From assembly GCA_051942245.1 (NCBI GenBank), contig JAVECL010000216.1, positions 1 through 35,274 on the forward strand: DNA of 35,274 nt. The letters are read 5' to 3'. Below the pieces are notes generated by a model. It did not search any database. It was given only the letters and a program-made list of their open reading frames with translations, and was not told the DNA's origin. A program made the position numbers and the translations under genes. This document shows positions 1-14,234 of the stretch, piece by piece (the stretch's first letter is position 1; the number at the start of each line of letters is the position of its first letter). This DNA is from Trypethelium eluteriae. Its lineage: Eukaryota.

Positions 1-479
1 AAGGAGAAGGGGTGGGAGAAGAAGTTGTTGGAGATGTTGCCGAAGGAGAGGCGGGTGATTGATGCAATCATTGACGGAGCAGGAGGAGATATTACGGATA
101 AGGCAGTGAAGCTGTTGAAGGTGAGTCTATGTATCTCCCGATCCCCCAGTTTGAACATTCTCCTGAAGGCGCTTTCTAGGTTGGTGGTGTCGTTGTTCAA
201 TATGGAATGACGGTAAGCCCAAAGATGTCGTGGTCTATGCAGGCAGTGTTGAAGAACATCGAACTCCGTGGCTCGACGATGGGATCGAGAAAGGAATTTG
301 CGGATATGGTGGCCTTTGTCAATGAGAAAGGATTGCGTCCTGTCATCTCAAAGGTGGCACATGGGCTCGATAACACTGCAGCAATTGAAGACCTCTTTGA
401 CGAAATGAAGAAGGGAAGTCAATTTGGCAAACTGGTCATCGATGAAATCGGAAAGGGTGGTGCAAAAAGTAAACTGTAA
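1..479 (+). CDS. 3' part of a medium-chain dehydrogenase/reductase (zinc-binding ADH / quinone oxidoreductase-like), truncated by the window edge; intron 121-179
   Basis: Exons 1-120 (..IDAIIDGAGGD..KLLK) and 180-479 (VGGVVVQYGMT..NIELRGSTMGSRKEFADM..QFGKLVI) join in frame across GTGAGT..CTAG. These are typical MDR C-terminal motifs. The protein ends in -SKL (PTS1). Confidence 0.9.
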
Positions 480-849
480 GTTGTAGATGATTTACGAACC
501 ATGCGAAGCATCGATGGAAGTCCTCTCTTATCGTCTTAAAAAAAAGGCAGATGGGGTAGCGTGTATATAGCATGGAAATTCTAAACTACTGGGAACGTGC
601 CCTGATGTGTATATTGACCAGGTACTCCATAGGCATTCATGTACATAATTTCAAATGCTGGTTAAAAAAGTCCATACGACTATACCTACAGGCAGATTGT
701 CTGATATCAGTGGCTATGTATGAACGCCTGAAATTCGCCGTGATTGTCTTGGTTCCAAGACGCAATGTGACGATAGTTGATGCACATGAATTAGTCCTAA
801 AGTACTGACAATGGCACTCGTCCTCCATCTCCCTGGCCCCACTTGGTCT

Positions 850-1191
850 TCAACGGTAGCAGTGAACAGCATAGGCCATCGCCGGAGGGTTTGCTGCTTG
901 ACATGGCATCGTTTCGGTATTAATCTCAGCTCCTAGCTTGTTGTTGCATGCTAAGTCCGAATAGAATTGAACGTGGCAGTAGTCGTCTGTGACGGCGCCA
1001 TAGCCAGCGAAGCTGTTGTTTGCGTAAAATCCGAAGCCGAGAGCCTGGCAATCAAAAAAGTTTGCGTCCTGCGACGTGGTGTTGAGAGAAGTGTCGGTGC
1101 AGGCAGCGTCGTTGTAGGCAGCGATGCTCCATCCGAGGACTTGGGGGATGACTGAGGTGAGGGCGAGTATGGGAAGTTGGGAGAACCGCAT
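850..1191 (-). CDS. Small secreted cysteine-rich protein (113 aa, 6 Cys), effector-like
   Basis: ATG at 1191 inside the 850..1443 ORF gives a signal peptide (MRFSQLPILALTSVIPQVLG), followed by a ~93-aa mature part with 6 Cys and N-glycosylation sequons (NTT, NNS). Confidence 0.75.
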   Translation of the reverse strand: MRFSQLPILALTSVIPQVLGWSIAAYNDAACTDTSLNTTSQDANFFDCQALGFGFYANNSFAGYGAVTDDYCHVQFYSDLACNNKLGAEINTETMPCQAANPPAMAYAVHCYR

Positions 1192-2121
1192 TTTGAGTAG
1201 ATTCGTATGGATACGTAACCGGGAAAGACTGAAATGGAATGCGAATGTTTGCAATGAGTGCTGAGCAAGCGTTGCAGATAATAGATGAAAGAGTCTGAGA
1301 TCAAGGAAATAGTTCTTAAATAGTTCTAGGATACCACGCACCTGTCTATCTTTACATTTCTCACCGGTTGAAGCTTTTTTTGATGGACGCTTTGCGATGA
1401 ATCTAAACAGTCCACTGTGAGGATTCCGGCAAAATTCGGACACGATCTGACACTAAAAGATCTCATATGGGTCGAAGGATGAAAGAATGGATACCAAATC
1501 CAGGAACATTTACCACAAGCGTCTAAGTCCATCAGCATAGCCACAAACGACTGCAAACTGTTTACAGTTTTGTCCTTCTCGCAATGTAACGTTGAACCCG
1601 GCGGTTCCAGCTATGTGGACACTGGATGGGTCGCTTTGCGTCCTTGTTACGATGTGTCTACCTCCACTTTAAGGTCGCATCGCCGGTGAACTGGACAGGT
1701 CGGGGCTGTGCATCCTTCAATAACTCAATTCATTACATGCGAAGCATAGAAGCGATTGAAAGGCGGGGGACTCGTTGCAGTCCTACAAGAGCCTCAAAAC
1801 ACAAAGGCAATTTTGACACAACTATCATGGCCGCCAAACTCGGCTTAACTCTTCGCGCGATTGGTAGGAGATGGTTGAACGTACCTAGTCGGCGACGTGC
1901 GAGACTAAGCATGATTCGTCTGTACGGAGTACCTGAAATATTCTGAATGAGTGGTGGAAGCGTGTGTACGATGATAAATTGGGTGAGAAATCAATGCATA
2001 ATCTATGGGATGCGTTATTCTTAAGAAGTCTTGTTCACAGATGATGATGTAGCCGGCGACAAGTGAACCTTGCCTGCTAAGTATTGCGTTCTGCCAATGA
2101 TTCGCCGGCACTTTACGTCCG

Positions 2122-2127
2122 ACGCGT
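2122..2127. promoter_or_regulatory. MCB (MluI cell-cycle box) element upstream of MCM3
   Basis: ACGCGT about 135 bp upstream of the ATG of a DNA-replication gene, consistent with MBF-type G1/S regulation. Confidence 0.5.
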
Positions 2128-2260
2128 TCTCTGCCGCTCTAGCGTTTGTCTGTCCGTCCTCTTCCGCTGCACTTCCTCAACCAAGCCTTGGCAACAATAC
2201 GACTGCACTGCGCTCATTCATAATCCGGCTCTGATTGACTTCAATTGACTTTCACACATC

Positions 2261-5059
<2,799 letters not shown>

Positions 5060-5761
5060 TGCGAGAGCTGGTAAACGGTTTTGCAGGGTATTCATGCGTC
5101 ATGCATTGGGCTATTGAGGTATGGAAATGGGTACGCATGGGAATTGAATGTATCGGGACATCGGCGCTGGAGGGTACGTCTTTGTATATGTGAATTAATT
5201 ACAAGAGTTCTACTTATCTGCGATGCATGATTAGCACATTCGTTCCCTGTCGTGCAAGAGGTTGACTCTGAAAAACTGAATCACATGCGCGCTTTGGCTT
5301 GCACCATACATATAAACCCCCGGACACCCAAATCATGCGCCTTTTACGCGCCTCCTCTTTCATAACGTACCTACGAGTTCCTTCTTTCCATATCCAACAC
5401 AGGCTGGATACACCAAATGGGTATATAACGCCACCAAAATGCAAGATCTAGTGCTTTGAATGCCAAAGCGAATGACAAGCCCAGTTTCTAAGTGGCGATC
5501 GGTCAGGGAAATCGATCAGCACAGAAAATGGAGCGGAAGTCTTACCTTGAGGCCCAATTGGACGATTCCCTAAATCACTCCACCTCTTTTTGCAAGGCAA
5601 ATTCAATTTTCGTCCCTCAGAGCCATTGAACCTGGCCTGCAAATCATTCACTTCAAGCTTGTGGGCCTGGTTGAATGTTTTGGTCTATCCCGTGAATATT
5701 CCCATTTCTTGCCTACTCAAGGCGTCTGCTCAATGTCCCTTCTCCTTCATTCGCCATCTCG

Positions 5762-6025
5762 TCACCTGTTCAGATCGCCATACGGTCCATCGTCACCCAG
5801 CCCACCCAGACTATACCTCCAGGTGATACAAAAGGTTGGTAGGCTCTTGTGCCAGACGCACCAGCTGTAGTAGAAGCGCACGACGTCAAGTTCGTTGCTT
5901 AGCTTGTGCGCGTAATAGAGGATGAAGACGAGCAGAGCGATGAGGGAGAGTTTGAGAAAGGGGCGCTTCAATCGTCTGCGGTGGCCGGGACGCGTTTTGA
6001 AGGTCGGCGAGGAGAGCCCTAGCAT
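5762..6025 (-). CDS. Small single-pass membrane protein (87 aa), unknown function
   Basis: ATG start, basic N-terminus (HRRRLKRPF), then hydrophobic LSLIALLVFILYY. The upstream minus-strand sequence is pyrimidine-rich and UTR-like. No family recognised. Confidence 0.5.
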   Translation of the reverse strand: MLGLSSPTFKTRPGHRRRLKRPFLKLSLIALLVFILYYAHKLSNELDVVRFYYSWCVWHKSLPTFCITWRYSLGGLGDDGPYGDLNR

Positions 6026-8050
6026 CTCGTGGAGATGAGGAGATGAGGGTAGAGGAAACAGCTGCTGTAGAGCCTATCGAGGACGCGGGATCTGGCGCGA
6101 GAAGGAATGCATCCGCAAGATCTATATGTCGATAGAGTCTGTCGATTGTTTGTGGCGCTGTTGAGCAGAGGAATCAACGTGAAGACGAAGGAAATCTCTT
6201 GATGATCGATGCGGTTTATTAGTTGCAGGAGAAAGCTGAGAGATATGTGTTCCTTCTGAATGTACACAGTTTGTCCCACCGAGTTCTATATCTAGTTCGG
6301 CATCCGCTTGAGTATGCTGAAGGCTGGTACGGTGCGACGTTCAGCGTCTGGATGTCGGTGGATCATCCGCGGCAGGGCTGAGAATTGATGGGTTGAAAAC
6401 TGAGAAACGAATCTAATGTACAAGGAATTGAGGCAGGTAGTTTTCAAGTGAAAGGGGCGAGAGCGAGGTCGCAGTGCCAGCCTCGCGTGGAGAGGTCGAG
6501 AAGTTGTGAGTTGGTTGGCGTTTGCGGCTGTGACGGAGGTAAGCTGTGAGGCCAGCGGAGGAAACGGCAGGATTTCTTTGCTTCTCCTACGCGTGGATTG
6601 AAGAATGAAGAGCTGCCTGAAGGCGTTTGTGCCTTTTGTCTAACAACTGACGACTGACGATTGCAGGTGCGGCGCAGCGTAGAAAGTTGGTGGACAGGGT
6701 CACGTCGCGCGTCGCTCTAAATTAACGATCCCTGAGTCGCTCCTTTTCCGTTTCCCTAATTGATACCAGGTTCTCCGTACTATCATCCGTACACACCGCC
6801 AACGCACTCCCCAAATCCGGACGATAGGTCAGACACAACAAAGAACACGTTTGGTTTCCTTCAGCACGATAGGTGCAGGAAGATATTGGGAGCATACATA
6901 CACCGCTTTAGGCAGACGGATGGAGGCGGATAGCTTTTCTAGGCCACCCCAGAAAAAGCAGCGAAAGAGGAGGATTGTTGATCAGCATCGCTGCTACTCT
7001 GCAGGGGTAGCGTCTTGGCTTGGCAGATGCTGATGATGCCAGCTAATAGTTAGATGAGGTCATACCGATTCGCCCGCCTGTGGCATCTGCGCCGATAATA
7101 TCATCATGTGCTCGGATATACCTATGCCTGTTGTCGGCTTAAGGTTGCTGAGGAGGCTGCCAAAACCACACGCGATCGAAGGAAGTATGTGCGTTTGTAC
7201 CTAACCCCTGGGTGCCCCCTTAGGGTTTGTGTAATTAACTATAGCTATTGGCAGATGCGGGAGATTTGCATATCGGGAGTCCGCTCATGCACTCCGCTCT
7301 CGGCCCAAAAATTTCACCTTTCTTTATGAGGCCACTCACGCCACTATAGGAAACTCCATTTGCCACGGATCATGCATGGGAACATAACTATCATGAAGTA
7401 TCCATAGTGGTAAAAAATCACTCTTCCCCTTGGTTCCCCTCACTACGGAATACCTCTGGAAGTAGTCTTGCAAGAGCCGAGGTGTCAAAAACAGCTCGAA
7501 AACTGGTTCGCCAGCTTCATAACATCGGTACATGCGGTGGCCGAAACGGACCGTGCTGGAGAGGTTTGCAATATCTTGAGCGTCTTGACTTTGACCTTCT
7601 TGTGCTCAAACTACCCCTCGTCTGGCTGGGGTATGGGGTTTGCGGGGGCATTACTCGTTGCTAGACACCCCACTGCCTTCGAGGAGCAACTCTTGAATGG
7701 ATTCCTTTCTATGTTGCATTTTCGATTTCTTTTTCTCGTTCTGCCTTTGCAGTCTAGTGAGTGGCAAGGTGGTACGAACTTGGGTGGCAGAGATAAATTG
7801 GAGGATCTTACAGGGTCTAGGCCCTTATAGACTCCTTTGAAGTTTGAACGTCTGCAGCCAAGGAGAAGGCCTAATTCAAAGCGACACTTCTACACCTACG
7901 TAGAAGACCTAACTGATTTTAGCGTTCCATAATATTAAACTCCTGGGCTCAAAGGCCTCCGAGAGACTACAGTGAATGCTTGCTTGTACATAAAAATACC
8001 AAGATGATAGTCCGAGCGAAGTGGTGGGGGTCTCTCCTAGTAAGTACCTA

Positions 8051-8352
8051 TAGTCTTCTTTATTGAAATACCCAACCCACGCATTTACAAAGCTATAGCT
8101 GCAACCGGCAGTTGAATGGTATTGTGTTGCATCTTGACTTCGCTTCTAGCCGACAGTGCCTCGTGCTTTAGGTGCTAAATCCAAAGGAGTCTTGTTGAAG
8201 TCGTCTTCTTTAATAAAACGCCGAACGCAGGTGTTTACAAAAATATAGCTGCAACCGGCAGTTGAACACGATAATGTTTTCATTTGGCTTCGCTTCTGGA
8301 CTACACTCTATCATGCTTTAGCTGCTGATATACGGAGCAGACTCTTTGAAGT
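8051..8352. repeat. Diverged tandem duplication, 2 x ~150 bp
   Basis: 8051-8200 and 8201-8352 align at a 150-151 bp offset. Shared blocks include GTCTTCTTTA, TTTACAAA, TATAGCTGCAACCGGCAGTTGAA, CTTCGCTTCT, TGCTTTAG and TTGAAGT. Confidence 0.9.
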
Positions 8353-8585
8353 AGGGATGTCGGAATGTGATGGTACATGGTACTTAAAGACAAGTCCGCA
8401 TGCAGATCTGGTAAGAGAAGCAGATAATAATGACGCCTAGCTGTAAGTCTCTATATATAAAGATGGTCTCTGATCTCAGAGTGCGTAGGTATCTACGATA
8501 AGGAATTGTGTTCCCCATCTCATCGCGTTGACTTGGCATCCAACGTATCTCTTTGATCTTTTTTCACCAGAGCTGTGATTTCAAG

Positions 8586-9500
8586 ATGCCATTGAAAGCT
8601 GCAATTTACGTCCCGCCTCTGGAGGATGGTGAACAACGTTACAAAATAATTTTCTTGCAAAACCGCTTCGTAAAGCTACCTCCTAGCTTCAGAAAGCAAC
8701 GAGTGCCGCTCGCAGAATTTAAGACAAATTTACAGCGAATGAACAAAAAATCCACAGAGGATAAACTATGGGGGTGGTTTGACCTCCTTTCGGGCCGTGG
8801 CACTGGGTTCTTTTATCTTGGTTCTCGGAACGAGATTGACTACGGGATCATGCTAGGATCGTCTTCCACGGATAGACTACCAGCTGATTTCGTGCCCGAA
8901 CTTCAAGCTGAAAAAAAATCATCCGCGATGAGATGTCTTTTTTACACTGGAGTCTCTAATACACAAGAGACTATGGTAGCTAAAGGCAATGAAGATCATC
9001 AAGAAGTAAGTTCTAGGATTTGTTGGATTCATAATCGAATGACGATGCTGAATAGCTTTTCAAAGAAGTCTACTACGGGCGCGACGCATCTCTCCGCGGA
9101 ACGGCTGCGAGGCAAACCTGATGTTGGACGAATCCTTCAAGTCGGTCCATTGGTGACCTACTCCAAAGAAGAAGGCTGGAATGATGTGCGCTTCTCTGTT
9201 ACGAAGTGTCTTGAAGATGACAGTTTCTGGCTTGTTGCTCAACCAGCTTTCTACGGAGATGACGATGGGGACGAAGTGACGAGCTGCTATGCAGAGCCTC
9301 ACGAGCGGTCCTTTCCTTTAGATGGGTTCGAATCTCCAATTTCATGCGCCCGCCTCAAAGCAAATGAGGAAAGCCTTAAGTATTGTGCCGAAATGCAGCA
9401 ACTGGAAGGTCCCAAGCGTACCCATGCTAGCAAACCGTTTGATATCGAGCAAGTTCATTCAGGAGGATTTTACATTATGCACAGTCAAAGGCAGAAATGA
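8586..9500 (+). CDS. Hypothetical protein (~304 aa), intronless orphan
   Basis: Long open frame from the first ATG (MPLKAAIY), globular-looking composition, and a TATATATAA box at ~8452-8460. No family recognised. Confidence 0.65.
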   Translation: MPLKAAIYVPPLEDGEQRYKIIFLQNRFVKLPPSFRKQRVPLAEFKTNLQRMNKKSTEDKLWGWFDLLSGRGTGFFYLGSRNEIDYGIMLGSSSTDRLPADFVPELQAEKKSSAMRCLFYTGVSNTQETMVAKGNEDHQEVSSRICWIHNRMTMLNSFSKKSTTGATHLSAERLRGKPDVGRILQVGPLVTYSKEEGWNDVRFSVTKCLEDDSFWLVAQPAFYGDDDGDEVTSCYAEPHERSFPLDGFESPISCARLKANEESLKYCAEMQQLEGPKRTHASKPFDIEQVHSGGFYIMHSQRQK

Positions 9501-9609
9501 TTGCTCTTGAGCAAAGATCTTCCACAGTTCAAATTGTTGGAGCTGTCCCCAGTAATTATATAGGTAATGTAGTCGATATGAAATTCAAATCTACTATGGA
9601 TCAGACAGC

Positions 9610-10857
9610 ATGAAATCCATGCTCGAACCAGAATATGTTCAGACTAGAGAGAAAGGATGGGATTACCCTTCTCTATGCATTATCAACACTCCACACATCG
9701 GTTTTGAGGAGTGGTTCAGTGGAATTGCGCGCCAAAATGACACGGTCAAAACCTTGCTTGAGGACATCGCAGAATGCATAGTATTTTTCTTGCAATGTCG
9801 ACGATGCCGATGAGGCCCGGAAAAGGACGATACACAACAAGCAAGCGTTAGATGATCGCCTGATTCCTCTTCTCCACGATGTTATTGATCAACATACACG
9901 CCTCCTTATCCAGTTTTACGACTGGATTGTGAGTAGAAATTCCGATAGGAAGGCAAGTTCCACGGCCAAGCAAATTACCTCCAGCATAGCCGCGTTATCC
10001 CGAAGACTGCTGAAAAGGAAGAGTTCTGCTAGTAAGTAGCCCCGCTCGCCGATGTATCAATAACTTGCCATAGTTTGGCTAAAAACAACATGCCAGATAG
10101 ATGGATATGCCGCAGCTCCCACGAAATTCTAGTCCTGATTATTCGGCTCGCCACCGAAATCCCCGACAGAGGATTTAAAAATGATAGACCCCTTGCTCAA
10201 CGTCAAAAGAAATCTCTTGAAATCTGTATAACTCGGCTACAAAATGGTGATTGGAAATCTCGCATGGTAGTAGAAAAGTCGGAGAAAGGAATTGCCACTG
10301 TACCAGAAACCATTTGCTTGGACGAGACAGCACAGGCGATCGGAGCATCGCAGCCATCCTGGCCACGAGGAGAACAGAACCGTCCACTGGACCATCCGTG
10401 GCGTGATTTCTTTACCAAGTCAAGAGATGCTCGTATCCCCACCACCATCCGAAATGAATTCTTACAGCCGGCAACTGAAAGGCTTGATAGCCTGAAGAAT
10501 GAAATTTTCCAAAAGTCGAAAAAGTCTTTGTCAGCCGGTAATTGGAAACAACTCGAAAAGCGCTTTTACCAAAAACATCGCCGACACGTGTGGCATGCCA
10601 GGCATCATGTATGGCAAGCGTTAGATACAAAGTTCCACTTCAAAGACCAGTGTGGCAGATGTAGATGCTTGTATAGGGTCAGTCTCGTGCACGAGAATAG
10701 GTGTGATACAGCCGGTAAATACAACAAGAGAGGGGACAGAATTGGGCCGTGTGCTGAAGCATGTCTATATTCTGAGTATAGACAGAAAGAACAAGAGATG
10801 AAGGATGAGAAGAGATGTAAAAAGGGTGGAAATAGCAATAGGAAGGTCTTTACCTAA
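9610..10857 (+). pseudogene. Hypothetical gene with a C-terminal His/Cys cluster (CxxC...CAE); 5' part appears frameshifted
   Basis: ORF 10075-10857 carries HRRHVWH..QCGRCRC..GPCAEAC. Upstream protein-like segments (9610-9785 and 9782-10031) lie in different frames, and there is an intron-like GTAAGT(10032)..TAG(10073). No clean uninterrupted model could be built. Confidence 0.4.
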
Positions 10858-12208
10858 CTTCTGAACCATGAAGCGGCTGGTAGCCTAGTCCTTGACACTG
10901 GTGCTAAATAGTATTAAGACAAGAGAGTGGGCAGTAGTGTTCCCTTTAGCCGATTGGATTTTGAGACCGCTGCTGTTGCTCACATCGAAGTCCCACCACG
11001 CCCTCTCGCTTGCTAGAACCAGATGTACTTGTTTGCAGAAGTTACTGATGCCCAATTCCCGGTACGACTGGTCGCAGCCCTTGAGATCTCTGTAGCTGCT
11101 ATCGGAGAGCGAGGGTGGTGGAGGTTCACATGGGTGGAAACATGAAGTGGGTACATATCTGCAGAGAATGATATTAGCAGCGTGTAGCTATTGCAAATGA
11201 ATCATCGCTGTGACATACCGTTCCGATCGTTAACGTAGTAGAAACCGTCGCCACCAGGAGCGACCAACGGCAGACCTCGGCTCACACACATTATTTCCGT
11301 CAGCTAAGGCCTGTGCGGCTATATTACTTTGCAGCACTCTCTCGAATCCCAAACAATGTCCAAGATGAGAAGCATTATTGACTGTTGAGCCAGGCGTGTT
11401 CAGACCAATGTTATGACTCTATGTCAATAGACTTGCCTGGAGGATTCTTCAGCGTCCAATGACATTCCTTCATAGTATCACACATCGCATGGGGAAATGC
11501 TATGCCAATCAGACGATATTTTCCATTGATTGTCACCAGGTGACCTGAGGAGATTCAATATATATGATGGTACCTTGAGTACTCAGAATGGAGTGTGCAA
11601 ATGCCCAGATTTCCTCCTCAGTACCTCTTCTCTCTGCTTTATCGCTTGCCCTATCAAAGATATCAATGTCGAAAATGCCAAGTATGTGCGCGTGCCAACT
11701 GTGCTGTTGCTCAGGTAGGCTATCAAGAAGTCGAGAATCGGAATCCGGTGACTGTTGAATAAGAACCGGAAAAGAGAAGGAGTCGTAAAGGAGTCCAGAG
11801 AGACACCACGAGTGAAATCCAGAGAACGACAAGCGATAGCCTCGAAAAAGGACCGAGAAAGGTTGAATAGGCAGACTGTGTGTTTCTATCTCTTTGCTAG
11901 CCAAGAGATTACTATAGACCCTGATGAGAGACAACGATATCACCGATAGTGTTGCAATAAGTGATGCAACAATAAGGACGTTTTGCAAGACTTTTGACCA
12001 TTCTTACTTGGATGCACGAGCCAGACGATTCATTCCTCGGGTGGAAGTAGCATTAGAAAACAATAGACTGAGAGCTACCTATCAGCGATAAGATGGTAAG
12101 GAGTCTCATGAGTTTCAAAGACTGGACAAGAGAGTTTCGGGATTTCAACTGACCAGATATGATGCTGGCCCCTCTTTGCCTTCAGTCAATCGATAGCAAC
12201 TATACCAC

Positions 12209-12448
12209 TTATCGCCCCGATCTCCTCATGCCACCTATAAGTCCAGCATTCGCCCAGTTTCGATCTCGAACGTCTCGCATGTACATGGCTTGTTCGTCGG
12301 AGACCGCGTGTGGATCCCTTTGATTTTCGAGCCATCCATAACCCGTCACTCTGGATACGGCTGCACCTGCTGTGACGAGGGCGGCTGCTCCAAGAGCTAC
12401 AAGAAAGACAATGGCTGTTTTGGGGATGGCGTAGCCTTCGTCCGACAT
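12209..12448 (-). CDS. Small single-TM protein (79 aa) resembling an uncharacterised ascomycete family
   Basis: ATG start, TM segment AIVFLVALGAAALVTAGAAV, then SDEQAMYMRDVRDRN. I recall this EQxxYMRxVRxRN-type motif from small Pezizomycotina hypothetical proteins, but it is unverified. Confidence 0.75.
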   Translation of the reverse strand: MSDEGYAIPKTAIVFLVALGAAALVTAGAAVSRVTGYGWLENQRDPHAVSDEQAMYMRDVRDRNWANAGLIGGMRRSGR

Positions 12449-13313
12449 CTTTGGATGAGCAAGCGGTCAAAAGCCAGTAGGTTGTTAGGGAATGAGTACT
12501 AAGAAATGCTCTGATGCGGTTTTCTCTGACCGGAGACTTTCGAATTTCGCGTGAGAAACAATGTTGTTAGGGGCGAAGAGAGTGGAGGCGGAAGAAGTGA
12601 TGGTCTAGAAAGAACATTCTGTACCAATCATGATGGAAGGGTCCAACGATTATACTGTAACGGTTCCCCCTTTAAGGACCAATAGAAAGACGCTCTGTGC
12701 GAGATGCTTGCCGATAAACCCAGGACCCACATACTCGGTCGGCATTGAAATTCACCGGTTGAAGTAAGGCATGCGAACGACCGAGAAGCAATACTGCAGC
12801 GTATGACTAGGGTAAGCGAATTTGAACAGGACTCCGCAACTCCTGAAGTCATTTGGTCGTGTATGAGGCAGACTTACAACCTCTACAGTCACGTGAGCTT
12901 AGCGAGAAAGCCAATGAGATAGTCAGACTACCCATCTTGGCTAAGCTTCTAATCTATTCAGTGCCGAGCTTCGATCATAAGATACTCCGTGCGTACGTTC
13001 TGGAGCATAGGGTGATAGGTAACGACTCTGTAGGAAGTAGTCGGGCAATGTACGCGCGTTCGGATACGAGCCTTTTCTAAAAATGGTAATGAGTTTGCAC
13101 TGCCCACCGTGCCGCCCTATTAAATAGCGTCATCATCAGTCGAGTGAACAAGTCAAGGACGGCTACTGGACCAGGCCTTGGCCATATAGGGGAGCACAAG
13201 ACGGTCATGGTAGGAGACGATAAGAGACTGCTCCGGAAAAAAATTGGAAAAATTGGACGAAGGAAGGAACAAACTTCTTGCGCTACTCTAGTCTTGAGAT
13301 AACTGGAGAAAGC

Positions 13314-13417
13314 ATCACGAAGGATCAGGCCGTCCTAAACCAGCTCGAACTCCGGTTACTAGTACAAACGTCGTCTTTGGTCAAGACCACGGTCACTGTG
13401 CACCCCGACTCCTCCAA
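13314..13417 (+). repeat. Dispersed direct repeat, copy 1 (~105 bp)
   Basis: ATCACGA.GGATCAGGCCGTC...ACTCCTCCAA aligns end to end with 18354-18461. Confidence 0.9.
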
Positions 13418-14234
13418 CTTTCTTCAGTCTCATTTCTTTCTGCCATGTCTCAATTTTGCTCCTTAGAGGCTCGTATAAGCCTTTGCACTTGAAATACAGC
13501 TTCTGATTATGAAGATGATCTGCTACCGGACCATGAAAAGCTTGTTTTTCTTAATATATCCTCACGTAATGCATGCAGAGAGCTTTTCCCCAGCTTTCAT
13601 ACCTCCATTTTCTCAAACATGCCTCACGACATGTTCGTGATTTGGTCTAGCACAATGGTGGCCAGTTTTTCAGCAAGCACACCATGTGCAGTGACTGGGC
13701 AAATCGCGAATCAACGATCTTACTGGAACAGCACGGGGAGACCTGACTCTGGGAACATCGACACAAAGACTTAGGAATACAAGCACTACTTTCATTATGG
13801 AATTCTTAAATGCTGCTTTTTAGACTGCTCGGTAGCCCGAGGCGATAGTCCCGCTTTGCCAGATAAGCATCATGGTATAAGAAGCAGGCAAGTGTTATTC
13901 TCCTAGATCTTGTTGACCGGAATTACAGGTCGTCTCGACTCTTCCAAGGCTTGCAACCATGCAACCATATCCAGGTTATACACACGGCTCGGCCAGGAGA
14001 GCATCAGCAGGGCGAGGATTTGGAATGGGACACTTGAATATTGATCATTAATCGAACTCGACTTAGTTTTGTGAAGATTATAAATTGAAGCTGCTCGCCG
14101 AATGTTGGAATTCACCAGCGCGCTCTTCTCTGTAGCACTTCATCGCAGCACACGACGCTTACAGATTGTCAGAAGCCTCGATCTTTCTGTGGTCGGTCGA
14201 TATCACTTATCAGACTATTGCAGACATTTTCAAC

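Noticed and set aside
1192..1443. N-terminal extension of the 197-aa ORF 850..1443
   Set aside because: Non-ATG start, and the signal peptide begins at the ATG at 1191, so the extension is probably UTR/promoter.
7199..7228. CTAACCCC..TTAGGGTT, telomere- or telomerase-template-like
   Set aside because: Only one TTAGGG unit and no full TAACCCTAA template. The same CTAACCCCTG also occurs as a branch site in MCM3 intron 2.
9325..9337. GGTTCGAATCTCC resembling a tRNA T-arm / B-box
   Set aside because: Lies inside a long ORF, and no cloverleaf or A-box could be built around it.
11533..11988. 151-aa minus-strand ORF with a hydrophobic N-terminus
   Set aside because: Non-ATG start and no recognisable motif; insufficient support, though it may be a gene remnant.
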